Of a stretch of DNA of 64,000 nt, positions 49,259 through 57,835 are shown piece by piece (the stretch's first letter is position 1; every line of letters begins with the position of its first letter). The notes beneath the pieces are model-generated. The model made no database searches, was not told the DNA's origin, and was given only the letters and a program-made list of their open reading frames with translations. This DNA is from Planctomycetota bacterium (GTDB lineage Bacteria; Planctomycetota; UBA1135; UBA2386). Position numbers and translations under genes: made by a program. The stretch covers positions 31,440 to 95,439 of the forward strand of contig JBKDXM010000136.1 of the NCBI GenBank assembly GCA_046306335.1. The letters run 5' to 3'.

Positions 49259-49780
49259 TCACCGCGCCGGCGCGAGCTGCGCGGCAGCGGCGGCGAGCGC
49301 CTGGGCCATCGCCTCGGCGCACGCCACGGGGGACCGATCGGATGCCGCCGCCCAGACGTCGACGACGGGCGGAACGCCCGCCGGCGCCCCGCCGAGGAAC
49401 ACCAGACGCACGTGCGCGCGCGGCGCGGCGGTGACGTCGAGTTCGAAGGCCTCGACCAGCATCGACGGCGCGGCGTCGATGCCCCGGCCGGCGAGCGCGC
49501 GACCGACCATGGCGGCGCACAGCGACGACGGCTCGTCGACCCACTGGTGGCCGGCGTCGAGCGCGAATTCGCGCGCGCCGACGCGCACCGCGAACGGCTG
49601 CCGCAGGTGCGGCGCCGCCGTCGCGCGCACCGGCAGCGGCGACGCGGCCGCCGCCGGCGCGGCCGGCAGCGGATCGAACCAACGCACCGGCGGCAGCGCG
49701 GGCGACGTCGACAGGCAGGCGGCGAGCACGGCGCACGACGCCACGCCGACGACGCCGCGGACTCGGGGGAATGCGTTCAT
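49259..49780 (-). CDS. ABC-transport auxiliary lipoprotein (PqiC/DUF330-like) of the Mla/Mce module.
   Basis: 173 aa with a lipobox (AVLAAC). It follows the MCE gene directly with an ATGA overlap, the usual position for this family. Confidence 0.65.
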   Translation of the reverse strand: MNAFPRVRGVVGVASCAVLAACLSTSPALPPVRWFDPLPAAPAAAASPLPVRATAAPHLRQPFAVRVGAREFALDAGHQWVDEPSSLCAAMVGRALAGRGIDAAPSMLVEAFELDVTAAPRAHVRLVFLGGAPAGVPPVVDVWAAASDRSPVACAEAMAQALAAAAAQLAPAR

Positions 49781-50802
49781 CGCTTCTGCTCCTGCAACGG
49801 CGAGTTGCCGGCGCTCCGCCCGCGCAACAGCGCGCCGGGATCGCGTTCGAGCATCGCCATGAGTTGTTCGATCGCCACGAGCGTGCGGCGCAGCTGGCCG
49901 AGTTCGGCCTGCGCCTCGGTCGACAGCGCCGCCGCCGCGTTCGACACGCCGCGCAGCGCCGCCGCCGTGTCCGCCGCGCGCACGCCGGCGACCTCGCCGT
50001 CCAGTCGCGCGATCAGCTTGCGCACGTCGCCGAGCGTCTGACCGATCGGGCTCTGCTCGTCGCGCACGCTGCCGGCGGCGTCGGCCACGGCGGTCGCCGC
50101 CTTCTGCCAAGACGCGATCGCCGCGAGCCCCTCGCTGACGACGCCGCGCCGCTCGAAGTCGTCGAGCAGCCGGTTGGTCCGCGTCAGCAGATCCTGCAGC
50201 TGCCGCGACACCTCGGGCAGGCGCACGCCCTGCAGTTCGCTGCGCAGCAGCTGCACGAGGTCGGTCGCCGACTTCGCCATGTCCGGCAGCAAGCGCAGCA
50301 CGTCGCGGCTGGCGTCCTCCAGGCTCTTGGCCGTGCTGGGCACGGTCAGCAGCACGCGCTTGTCGCCGATGGTGCGGAACGGCAGGTTCTGCGGGCCGGA
50401 CGGCGGATCGGGGAAGTAGTCGACCTGGACGAACGACGTGCCGGTCACCCACGACATGACGATCTGCGCGCGCAGCGCCAGCGCGTTCGGACTGCTCTCG
50501 TCCAGGCGGTCGATGTCGATGCCGAGCCGCGCCAGCTTGTCGTCGTAGAGGGCGAAGCGCACTTCGAGGTGGCGGCGGTCCGGCGCGGCGCCGATGTCGT
50601 CGACGACGCCGACCGTGACGCCGCGGTACTTAACGGGCGAACCTTCCTCGAGGCCGGTGACCGCCTCGTCGAAGTAGGCGTGCACGGCGTGCGACTCCTT
50701 GCGCAGTTCGCGGACGCCCACCCAGGTCAGCACGGCGAGTCCGGCGGCGCAGCCGGTGACGACGAGGAGGCCGAGCTTCCAACGGTTGGCGGGAGCGGTC
50801 AT
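49777..50802 (-). CDS. mlaD: MlaD/MCE-family substrate-binding protein.
   Basis: 341 aa with an N-terminal TM, the MCE core (VTGLEEGSPVKYRGVTVGVVDDI) and a long helical C-terminus. Confidence 0.85.
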   Translation of the reverse strand: MTAPANRWKLGLLVVTGCAAGLAVLTWVGVRELRKESHAVHAYFDEAVTGLEEGSPVKYRGVTVGVVDDIGAAPDRRHLEVRFALYDDKLARLGIDIDRLDESSPNALALRAQIVMSWVTGTSFVQVDYFPDPPSGPQNLPFRTIGDKRVLLTVPSTAKSLEDASRDVLRLLPDMAKSATDLVQLLRSELQGVRLPEVSRQLQDLLTRTNRLLDDFERRGVVSEGLAAIASWQKAATAVADAAGSVRDEQSPIGQTLGDVRKLIARLDGEVAGVRAADTAAALRGVSNAAAALSTEAQAELGQLRRTLVAIEQLMAMLERDPGALLRGRSAGNSPLQEQKR

Positions 50803-51542
50803 GTGGTCCTGGAGGCTGCTTCGCGGCGGAAGAAGGCGCGCACGCGCGCATCGTCGCTGTGCGTGGCGAGGTCGCGCGGCGCGCCGAGCGCGATGACGCC
50901 CCCCGCTTGCCGGTCGAGCATGACGCAGCGGTCGGCGACGGCGAGGATGCTCGGCAGTTCGTGCGTGACCAGCACGATGGTCACCGACAGGCCGCGCGCG
51001 AGCGTGAGGATCAGCTGATCGAGGCCGGCCGCGGTGACCGGATCGAGGCCGGCCGACGGTTCGTCGAGGAACAGGATCGGCGGGTCGAGCGCGAGCGCGC
51101 GGGCGATGCCGGCGCGCTTGCGCATGCCGCCGGAGACCTCCGACGGCAGCTTGTCGGCGGCGGCTTCGAGGCCAACGAGGCGCAGCCGCGCCATCGCCAC
51201 CGCGCGCGCCGCGTCCTTGGGCAGGAGCGTCCACTTCTGCAGCGGCAGCATCACGTTCTGCAGCAGCGTCCACGAGCCGAACAGCGCCGCCGACTGGAAC
51301 AGCACGCCGAACTGCGGCGGCGACATCGCCTCGTCGGGACCGCCGATGCCCGGGAAGACGACGCTGCCGGCGAGCGGCGGCTGCAGGCCGATCAGCGTGC
51401 GCAGCAGCGTCGACTTGCCGCAGCCCGAGCCGCCGAGCACGGCGACGACCTCGCCGCGCGCGACGTCGAAGCCGATGCCGGACAGCAGCGGCACGCCGCC
51501 GTGGCCGATCGTCAGGTCGCGCACTTCGAGGACGGCGGTCAT
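50799..51542 (-). CDS. mlaF: ABC transporter ATP-binding protein, MlaF-like.
   Basis: 247 aa with Walker A GGSGCGKST, the Q-loop FQSAALF, the signature SGGMRKRAGIARAL, Walker B LFLDEP and the H-loop VTHE. Confidence 0.92.
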   Translation of the reverse strand: MTAVLEVRDLTIGHGGVPLLSGIGFDVARGEVVAVLGGSGCGKSTLLRTLIGLQPPLAGSVVFPGIGGPDEAMSPPQFGVLFQSAALFGSWTLLQNVMLPLQKWTLLPKDAARAVAMARLRLVGLEAAADKLPSEVSGGMRKRAGIARALALDPPILFLDEPSAGLDPVTAAGLDQLILTLARGLSVTIVLVTHELPSILAVADRCVMLDRQAGGVIALGAPRDLATHSDDARVRAFFRREAASRTT

Positions 51543-51544
51543 GG

Positions 51545-52666
51545 TCACCAGTCGAGCAGCGAGAAGATCCACGTGAACGCCGCGTCGAGGGCGACGAGCG
51601 TGAACAGCACCGACACCACCGCCGCCGTCGTCGAGCGGCCGACGCCCTCGGCGCCGCCGCGGGCGGCGAGGCCGCGCTGGCAGGCGACCAGGGCGATCGC
51701 GGCGCCGAACACGACGCTCTTCATCAGGCCGGTGCCGACGTCGAGCAGGTCGACCCACAGCTCGAACATCTGCACGTACACGACGGCCGGCTGCTGCAGG
51801 TAGCCGACCGCGATCGCCATGCCGCCGAGCGTGCCGAGGAAGTCGCCGACGACGGTCAGCACCGGCACGACGAGCACCAGCACGAGCACGCGCGGCAGCA
51901 CGAGGAACCGCTGCGGGTCCTGGCCGAGCGTGCGCAGCGCGTCGATCTCCTCGTTGACCTTCATGGTGCCGAGTTCGGCGGCGAACGCGGCGCCCGAGCG
52001 ACCGGTCACCAGGATCGCCGTCATCAGCGGGCCGAGCTCGCGCACCACCGACAGCCCCACGAGGCTGGCGAGGAACTGGTCGCCGCCGAAGCGGTGCAGC
52101 TGGATCGCGCCCTGCAGGCCGAGGATCGCGCCGACCAGGAAGTTGATCAGCATGATGATCGGCAGGCCGTCGGTGCCGGCGCGCTCGACCAGCGAGCCGA
52201 ACTCGCCGAAGTGGATCGAACGCGGCTGCCGGACGGCGCGCGCGAGCGCCCAGCACAGGTCGCCGAGGAACGCGAACACCGACTGCCACGACCGCCACAG
52301 GTCGTGGGCGAAGTCGCCGACGTCGGCCAGCAGCGCGTGCGGCCGCGGCGGCGACGCCGGTTCGGGCTGCGGCGGGCCGCCGTACAGTTCCAGCACGCGC
52401 GCGACGTCGCCCGTCGCGCCGGCGAGTTCGCAAACGCGGCCGCGCCCGACGCGTTCGTCGCGCACGGCGTAGAGCAGCGCCGCGCCGCCGCCGTCGAGGC
52501 GCTCGACGCCGGCCAAGTCGATCCGCGCCGTCTCGGCCGCCGCGACCGCGTCGCGCAGTTCGCGCCACAGCCGCGAGCCGTCGGCGAGCGTGACGACGCC
52601 CGCCAACTCGACCACGCGGTCGCCAGCGCCGCCGCTGGCGGTCAATCGGAAGCCCGGAGACGGCAT
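51545..52666 (-). CDS. mlaE: MlaE-family ABC permease with a fused N-terminal STAS (MlaB-like) domain.
   Basis: 373 aa. The N-terminal ~100 aa are STAS-like (VVELAGVVTLADGSRLWRELRDA...RIDLAGVERLDGGGAALL). The MlaE core follows (VRELGPLMTAILVTGRSGAAFAAELGTMKVNEEIDAL). Confidence 0.88.
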   Translation of the reverse strand: MPSPGFRLTASGGAGDRVVELAGVVTLADGSRLWRELRDAVAAAETARIDLAGVERLDGGGAALLYAVRDERVGRGRVCELAGATGDVARVLELYGGPPQPEPASPPRPHALLADVGDFAHDLWRSWQSVFAFLGDLCWALARAVRQPRSIHFGEFGSLVERAGTDGLPIIMLINFLVGAILGLQGAIQLHRFGGDQFLASLVGLSVVRELGPLMTAILVTGRSGAAFAAELGTMKVNEEIDALRTLGQDPQRFLVLPRVLVLVLVVPVLTVVGDFLGTLGGMAIAVGYLQQPAVVYVQMFELWVDLLDVGTGLMKSVVFGAAIALVACQRGLAARGGAEGVGRSTTAAVVSVLFTLVALDAAFTWIFSLLDW

Positions 52667-52680
52667 CGCAGCAGCGCGCC

Positions 52681-53277
52681 CTAGGCCTTGCGGCCCTTCG
52701 GCTTGCCGGCCTTGGCCACGGTGCGCGCCTTGGCGGCGGCCGCGCGGCCCGCCTTCGCCGGCGGCGTCGCCGCAGCGACCGCAGGGTTGCCGGCCGCCGG
52801 CGGCAGCGGCTGCGCCGGCGCCGCAGCGGCCTGCTGCCCGCGCGGGGCGGCGATCGCGGCGAGCGCCTGCACGACGCCGTCGGGCGAGAGGGCGTGCGGG
52901 TGCGCGGCCGCTTGGCGCACGAGGTCGCTGCTGGACACCACGCCGATGCAGACGCCGCGGGCGTCGACCACCGGCAGGCGATGGACCTGCTGCGCCGCCA
53001 TCGCCGCCAGCGCGGTGGCGAGGTCGTCGTCGGGGCGCGCGGTGTGGACCTTGCGCGCCATCGCGACGGTGACCGGGATCTCGGCCAGCGTCCGCCCCTG
53101 CGTGAAGGCCGCCATGCAGATGTCGCGGTCGGTGAGCATGCCGACGACCGCACCGTTGCCGTCGACCACGGGCACGGCGCCGCAGTCGCGATCCCACAGC
53201 ACGCGCGCCGCCGCATCCAGCCGATCGCCCAGCCGCACGACGCGCACGTCGCGGCTCATCAGGTCCTTGAGGGTCAT
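52681..53277 (-). CDS. CBS-pair domain protein with a Lys/Ala/Pro-rich basic C-terminal tail.
   Basis: 198 aa from ATG 53277. It has two CBS motifs (VPVVDGNGAVVGMLTDRDI and LPVVDARGVCIGVVSSSDL). The tail is PPAKAGRAAAAKARTVAKAGKPKGRKA. Confidence 0.85.
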   Translation of the reverse strand: MTLKDLMSRDVRVVRLGDRLDAAARVLWDRDCGAVPVVDGNGAVVGMLTDRDICMAAFTQGRTLAEIPVTVAMARKVHTARPDDDLATALAAMAAQQVHRLPVVDARGVCIGVVSSSDLVRQAAAHPHALSPDGVVQALAAIAAPRGQQAAAAPAQPLPPAAGNPAVAAATPPAKAGRAAAAKARTVAKAGKPKGRKA

Positions 53278-53383
53278 GCCGCGATCATGCCGACGCCGTC
53301 GGAACCGCGCATCATCCTTCCGGCCGCGGTCGCCGGCGACGACGCGCCCTTGCCGGCGGCCTCGCGAACGCGACACTGCCGGC

Positions 53384-54664
53384 ATGCCGCCGCCCCCGCC
53401 GCCGTCCCGCCTGCGCGCCGCGGCCTGGGTGCTCTACGACCTCGCCAACACGGTCTATGCGGCGACGGTGACCTTCCTGTTCACGCCGTACGCCAAGCAG
53501 GCGCTCGGCGGCGACCTGCGCGGCGTCGGCCTCGTGCAATTCGCCTCGATGGCGCTCGCCGGCCTGCTGGTGCCGGTCTTCGGCGCGCTGCTCGACCAGA
53601 CTGCCCGAACGCGGGGCTACCTGACGATCGCGACGCTGCTGTGCATCGCCGCCACCGCCGCGTTCGGCGCCGACGTCGCGCCCGGCTGGCTGCTGGCCGC
53701 CTTCTTCGTCGCCAACGTCGCCTACAACCTGGGCCTGTTGTTCTACAACGCGCTGCTGCCGGCGGTCGCAGCACCCGGCGGCGAGGGACGGCTCAGCGGG
53801 ATCGGCACCGGCGTCGGGTACTTCGGCACGATCGTCGTGCTGGCCGTGCTGATGCCGCTGCCGGTCGGCGACGCGGCGCGATTCCCGCTGGCGGCGCTGC
53901 TGTTCCTGGTCACCGCCGCGCCGTGCCTGCTGCTGGTGCGCGATCCGCGGCGACCGCGCGGCAACGGCTCGACCGCGGCGGTCCGCGCGGCGTTCCGGCA
54001 GCTCGGCGCGACCCTGCGCGACCTGCCGCGGCAGCGCGCGCTGCTGTGGTTCCTGGTCGGCAACTTCTGCCTCGTCGACGTGCTCAACACGGCGGTGCTC
54101 TACTTCGCCGACTTCACCGCCTCGGTGTTCCGGGCCAGCGCGGCGCAGGGGCCGCTGCGGCTGCTCGGCGTCGAGTTCGCCGGCGACGGCGGGCTGCGCG
54201 ACTTCGTCATCGTGCTCGGCCTGCTGCTCAACGGCCTCGCGCTCGTCTTCGGCCTCGTGCAGGGTCCGCTCAGCGACCGTGCGCCGCTCGCCGTCATGCG
54301 CAGCAGCGGCGTCGCCCTGCTGGTGGCGCTCGGCGGCGGCGCGCTGTTCGGCGGCGTGTCCGAACTCGGCTACGCGCTCACGCTCGTCGTCGCCGGCGCC
54401 TACGGCCTCGCGGGCATCTGGACCGCCGGCCGCACCGTCGTCGTGCAGTTGGCGCCACCCGAGCGCGTCGGCGAGTACTTCGGCCTCTACGGCATCACCG
54501 TCAAGCTGTCCGTCGTCGGCGGCGCCGTGTACGGCCTCGTCGAGTACCACGCCGGCGCGAAGCCGGCGATGCTGGCGCAGGGCGCGCAGTTGTTGATCGG
54601 GCTGCTGTGCCTCGCCATGGTGCGCGTCCCCGCCGACCGCCCGGCGACTGCCCCGCCTCGATGA
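53384..54664 (+). CDS. MFS transporter, UMF1/Atg22-like.
   Basis: 426 aa with about 12 TM segments. The N-terminal WVLYDLANTVYAATVTFLF block is typical of UMF1. Confidence 0.85.
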   Translation: MPPPPPPSRLRAAAWVLYDLANTVYAATVTFLFTPYAKQALGGDLRGVGLVQFASMALAGLLVPVFGALLDQTARTRGYLTIATLLCIAATAAFGADVAPGWLLAAFFVANVAYNLGLLFYNALLPAVAAPGGEGRLSGIGTGVGYFGTIVVLAVLMPLPVGDAARFPLAALLFLVTAAPCLLLVRDPRRPRGNGSTAAVRAAFRQLGATLRDLPRQRALLWFLVGNFCLVDVLNTAVLYFADFTASVFRASAAQGPLRLLGVEFAGDGGLRDFVIVLGLLLNGLALVFGLVQGPLSDRAPLAVMRSSGVALLVALGGGALFGGVSELGYALTLVVAGAYGLAGIWTAGRTVVVQLAPPERVGEYFGLYGITVKLSVVGGAVYGLVEYHAGAKPAMLAQGAQLLIGLLCLAMVRVPADRPATAPPR

Positions 54665-55650
54665 GCGACGACGACGACGACCCGCAGCGCCCGCCGCGCG
54701 AAGCCCTGTGGCAGCGCCTCGCCGCCGGCTTCGTGGCCGCGCTGATCGCCGTCGTCGGCGCGCTGCCGACGGCGATCGCGTACGGCTTCGGCACGCTGCT
54801 GGCCGTGCCGTGGTTCCTGTGGTGGTGCGTCAACGACCGCGGCGGCCGCCGCACCAGCGGCTACTGGCGCAACTGCCGCATCGCCTTCCGTCCTGGCGCG
54901 CCGCTCGGCGCGCAGCGGCCGGCGGGCCACCTGTGGCGTTGGTCGCGGCACATCGCCTGGATCGCGATCGACTTCTGCCGCATGCGGCGCATCACCAAGG
55001 CGAACGTCGCCGACCACGTCGACCTCGCCGAGTTCGCGCGGCTGCAGACGGTCTTCGCGCAGGGCAAGGGCCTGATCTGCGCCACCGGCCACATCGGCGT
55101 GTGGGACGTCGCCGGCCACGCCGCCGGCCTGCTCGGCGTGCCGCTGACCAGCGTGTTCCGGCCGAGCCCGCTGCCGGCGCTCAACCGCCTGATCGAGCGC
55201 CTGCGCACCGGCACCGGGCAGACCGTCGTCGCGCGCAAGAACGTGCTGCGCACGCTGCTGCGCGTGCTCGAACGCCAGGAGGCAGTTGGCATCCTCGCCG
55301 ACGGCGGCGGCAAACACAGCGCCGTCGAAGCGCCGTTCCTCGGCGCGGCCTCGAAGACCGTCGCCAGCCCAGCACTGCTGCACCTCGCCACCGGCGCGCC
55401 CATCGCCGTCGTCGCCGTGCTGCGCACCGGCCCGATGCGCTACAAGCTGCGCGTCTACGACGTGATCGAGGGTGTTGGCACCGGCGACCGCGAGGCGGAC
55501 ATGCTGGCGATCACCGCGCGGGTGAATCGCGGCCTGACCCAGGCCGTCGCCGAGGCGCCGGAGCAGTGGTTCTGGCAGAGCCGCCGCTTTCGCCACCGGC
55601 CGCCGGGCGAAACACCCGGACCCGACGGCCTGCCGCCGCTGCTGGGTTGA
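54661..55650 (+). CDS. Lysophospholipid/lipid A acyltransferase (LpxL/HtrB family).
   Basis: 329 aa with an N-terminal TM and the HX4D catalytic motif (ATGHIGVWD). The ILADGGG and QWFWQSRRF blocks fit the family. ATGA overlap with the MFS stop. Confidence 0.85.
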   Translation: MSDDDDDPQRPPREALWQRLAAGFVAALIAVVGALPTAIAYGFGTLLAVPWFLWWCVNDRGGRRTSGYWRNCRIAFRPGAPLGAQRPAGHLWRWSRHIAWIAIDFCRMRRITKANVADHVDLAEFARLQTVFAQGKGLICATGHIGVWDVAGHAAGLLGVPLTSVFRPSPLPALNRLIERLRTGTGQTVVARKNVLRTLLRVLERQEAVGILADGGGKHSAVEAPFLGAASKTVASPALLHLATGAPIAVVAVLRTGPMRYKLRVYDVIEGVGTGDREADMLAITARVNRGLTQAVAEAPEQWFWQSRRFRHRPPGETPGPDGLPPLLG

Positions 55651-55705
55651 GCCGCCGGCGACAAGGCCGGTTTCCCCGCGCCAGCCACTCCCTCCGGCCG
55701 GCCGT

Positions 55706-55727
55706 CTTAACGCTTCCTTCACGCAAC
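55706..55727 (+). promoter_or_regulatory. Possible Pho-box-like tandem 11-bp direct repeat upstream of pstS.
   Basis: CTTAACGCTTC / CTTCACGCAAC are two adjacent 11-bp units sharing CTTnACGC. They lie 78 nt upstream of the pstS ATG in a locally AT-richer stretch. Confidence 0.25.
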
Positions 55728-55804
55728 TCGCGTGTTGGCTTCATCGAGCCCGCGATGCTGCCCTGGCGCAATTCTGCCACCCAACCCACCGGACCCCGAC
55801 CCGC

Positions 55805-56659
55805 ATGAAGCTCCCACTCGTCCTCGCCTTCGCCAGCACGCTGACCGTCGCCTGCGGCAGCGGCCAGAAGGAGATCCAGAACCTCGGCTCCGACACCATG
55901 CTGGAGGTCGCCGGCGCGCTCGCCGAGGCCTACCAGAAGGTCAAGCCCGAGGTCGTCGTCTCGGTGTCGGGCGGCGGCTCGGGTGTCGGCATCGCGGCGA
56001 TGATGTCAGGCGACGTCGACATCGCCAACAGCAGCCGCAAGATGAAGGAGAAGGAGGAGGACGAGGCCAAGAAGCAAGGCTACGCGCCGGTGCACACCTC
56101 GATCGGCTTCGATGGCATCGCCATCTACGTGCACAAGGACAACCCGCTGCAATCGATCACGCTGGAGCAGCTCAAGGAGCTGTTCGGCGACGGCGGCAAG
56201 CTGACCAGGTGGAGCGAGCTCGGCGTCAAGCTCGGCGACGACGCCGACCCGGTGGTGCTGGCGAGCCGCCAGAACAACAGCGGCACGTACGAGTTCTTCC
56301 GCGAGGCGGTGCTCGGCGGCGACAAGGGCCGCTTCAAGGCCAACTGCAACAACCTCAACGGCAGCAAGGACGTCGTCGACTTCTGCGCCAAGACGAAGAG
56401 CGCCATCGGTTACAGCGGCATCGCCTACGCCACCGACCAGGTCCGCATCGTGCCGGTCGTCAAGTCCGCGGGCGGCCCGCCGGTCCTGCCGACCGTCGCG
56501 ACCGTGCTCGACGGCAGCTACGGCATCCGCCGCCCCCTGTACATGATCACCAAGGGCGACGCCGCGGGCGACGTCAAGGGTTACCTCGACTGGATCGTCA
56601 GCGACGCCGGCCAGAAGGTGCTGCAGGACAAGGGGTACATCCCGCTGCGCAAGCTCTGA
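55805..56659 (+). CDS. pstS: Phosphate ABC transporter substrate-binding lipoprotein PstS.
   Basis: 284 aa with a signal peptide and Cys (LTVAC). The PBP blocks are GSDTMLEV, SGGGSGVGIAAM, NSGTYEFF and AIGYSGIAY. Confidence 0.92.
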   Translation: MKLPLVLAFASTLTVACGSGQKEIQNLGSDTMLEVAGALAEAYQKVKPEVVVSVSGGGSGVGIAAMMSGDVDIANSSRKMKEKEEDEAKKQGYAPVHTSIGFDGIAIYVHKDNPLQSITLEQLKELFGDGGKLTRWSELGVKLGDDADPVVLASRQNNSGTYEFFREAVLGGDKGRFKANCNNLNGSKDVVDFCAKTKSAIGYSGIAYATDQVRIVPVVKSAGGPPVLPTVATVLDGSYGIRRPLYMITKGDAAGDVKGYLDWIVSDAGQKVLQDKGYIPLRKL

Positions 56660-56684
56660 TCGCCGCCGGACCGGCCGCCATTTC

Positions 56685-57833
56685 GTGCTCGACGCGCGCG
56701 CCGCGCCCGGTTCGCATGCTGCGCGCAGGCCGGCCGAAGCGGCCGCGAACCCCGACCCCACCCCACGCATCGCCGTGTCCCACTACGAAGAACGTCTCCA
56801 GCGCGACCTGAACTGGATCCAGGACCTCGTCGGAATCATCGGCCAGGCGATCAGCAAGGCGATCGACGACGCCGCGACGTCCGTGCTGCGCGTCGACAAG
56901 GACCTCGCCGCCGCGACGGTGCTCGGCGACTACACGATCAACCGGCAGACACGCGAACTCGACCGCCTCTGCCACGCCTTCGTCGCCCGCCACCTGCCGA
57001 GCGCCGGCCACCTGCGCTACGTCTCGGCGGTGCTGCGGCTCAACATCGCGCTGGAGCGCATCGGCGACTACGCCGCCACCATCTCTCGCAGCGCCGCGCA
57101 GCTGACGGCGCAACCGCCGGCGGTCGTGGCGCGCGACATCGAGATGATGAACGAGCAGGCGCGGCGCATGCTGGTCGACGGCCTGCGCAGCTTCCAGCAG
57201 AAGGACGTCGCGGTCGCCAACGCCACGCTGGCGTCGGCGGCGCAGTTCGCGCGCTACTTCGACAAGGTGTTCGCCGACCTCGTCAAGGAAGGCGAGACCG
57301 ACAGCCGGCCCGTCAGCGAACTGTTCTCGCTGATGGCGACGCTCAACCGCCTGGAGCGCGTGATCCACCAGGCCAAGAACATCTGCGAGGAGACGATCTT
57401 CGTCGCCACCGGCAAGACCAAGGGCGAGAAGACCTTCCAGATCCTGTTCGTCGACGGCAAGAACGACGGCCTGAGCCAGCTGGCCGAGCACTTCACGCGC
57501 AAGGCCTTCCCGCAGAGCGGCCGCTACCGCAGCGCCGGGTGGGAAGCCGCCGAGGAGATCGATCCGGCGTGGGCGCGCTTCGCGCAGACGGTAGGCGTCG
57601 ACCTGCAAAAGGCTTGGCCGACGACGCTCGCCAGCCTGCAACCGCAGCTCGACGAGTACCAGGTGATCGTCGGCTTCGGCAAGGAGTCGCGCGACAAGGT
57701 CGGCAGGGTGCCGTTCCACACCACGATGGTGGTCTGGGACGTGCCGGCCGGCGAGCCCGAGGCGCGCTACCGCAACCTGACGCCGCGCGTGCGCGAGCTG
57801 ATGGAGCAGCTGCGCGGCGAACAAGCGAGCTGA
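56685..57833 (+). CDS. PhoU-family regulator fused to a degenerate LMW-PTP/ArsC-fold domain.
   Basis: The N-terminal ~230 aa have two PhoU repeats (ALERIGDYAATI and LNRLERVIHQAKNICEE). The C-terminal ~140 aa aligns by eye to the LMW phosphatase fold (FQILFVDGKNDGLSQLAE, RSAGWE, VVWDVPAG). The start is uncertain: GTG 56685 (longest) or in-frame GTG 56775. Confidence 0.8.
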   Translation: MLDARAAPGSHAARRPAEAAANPDPTPRIAVSHYEERLQRDLNWIQDLVGIIGQAISKAIDDAATSVLRVDKDLAAATVLGDYTINRQTRELDRLCHAFVARHLPSAGHLRYVSAVLRLNIALERIGDYAATISRSAAQLTAQPPAVVARDIEMMNEQARRMLVDGLRSFQQKDVAVANATLASAAQFARYFDKVFADLVKEGETDSRPVSELFSLMATLNRLERVIHQAKNICEETIFVATGKTKGEKTFQILFVDGKNDGLSQLAEHFTRKAFPQSGRYRSAGWEAAEEIDPAWARFAQTVGVDLQKAWPTTLASLQPQLDEYQVIVGFGKESRDKVGRVPFHTTMVVWDVPAGEPEARYRNLTPRVRELMEQLRGEQAS

Positions 57834-57835
57834 AC

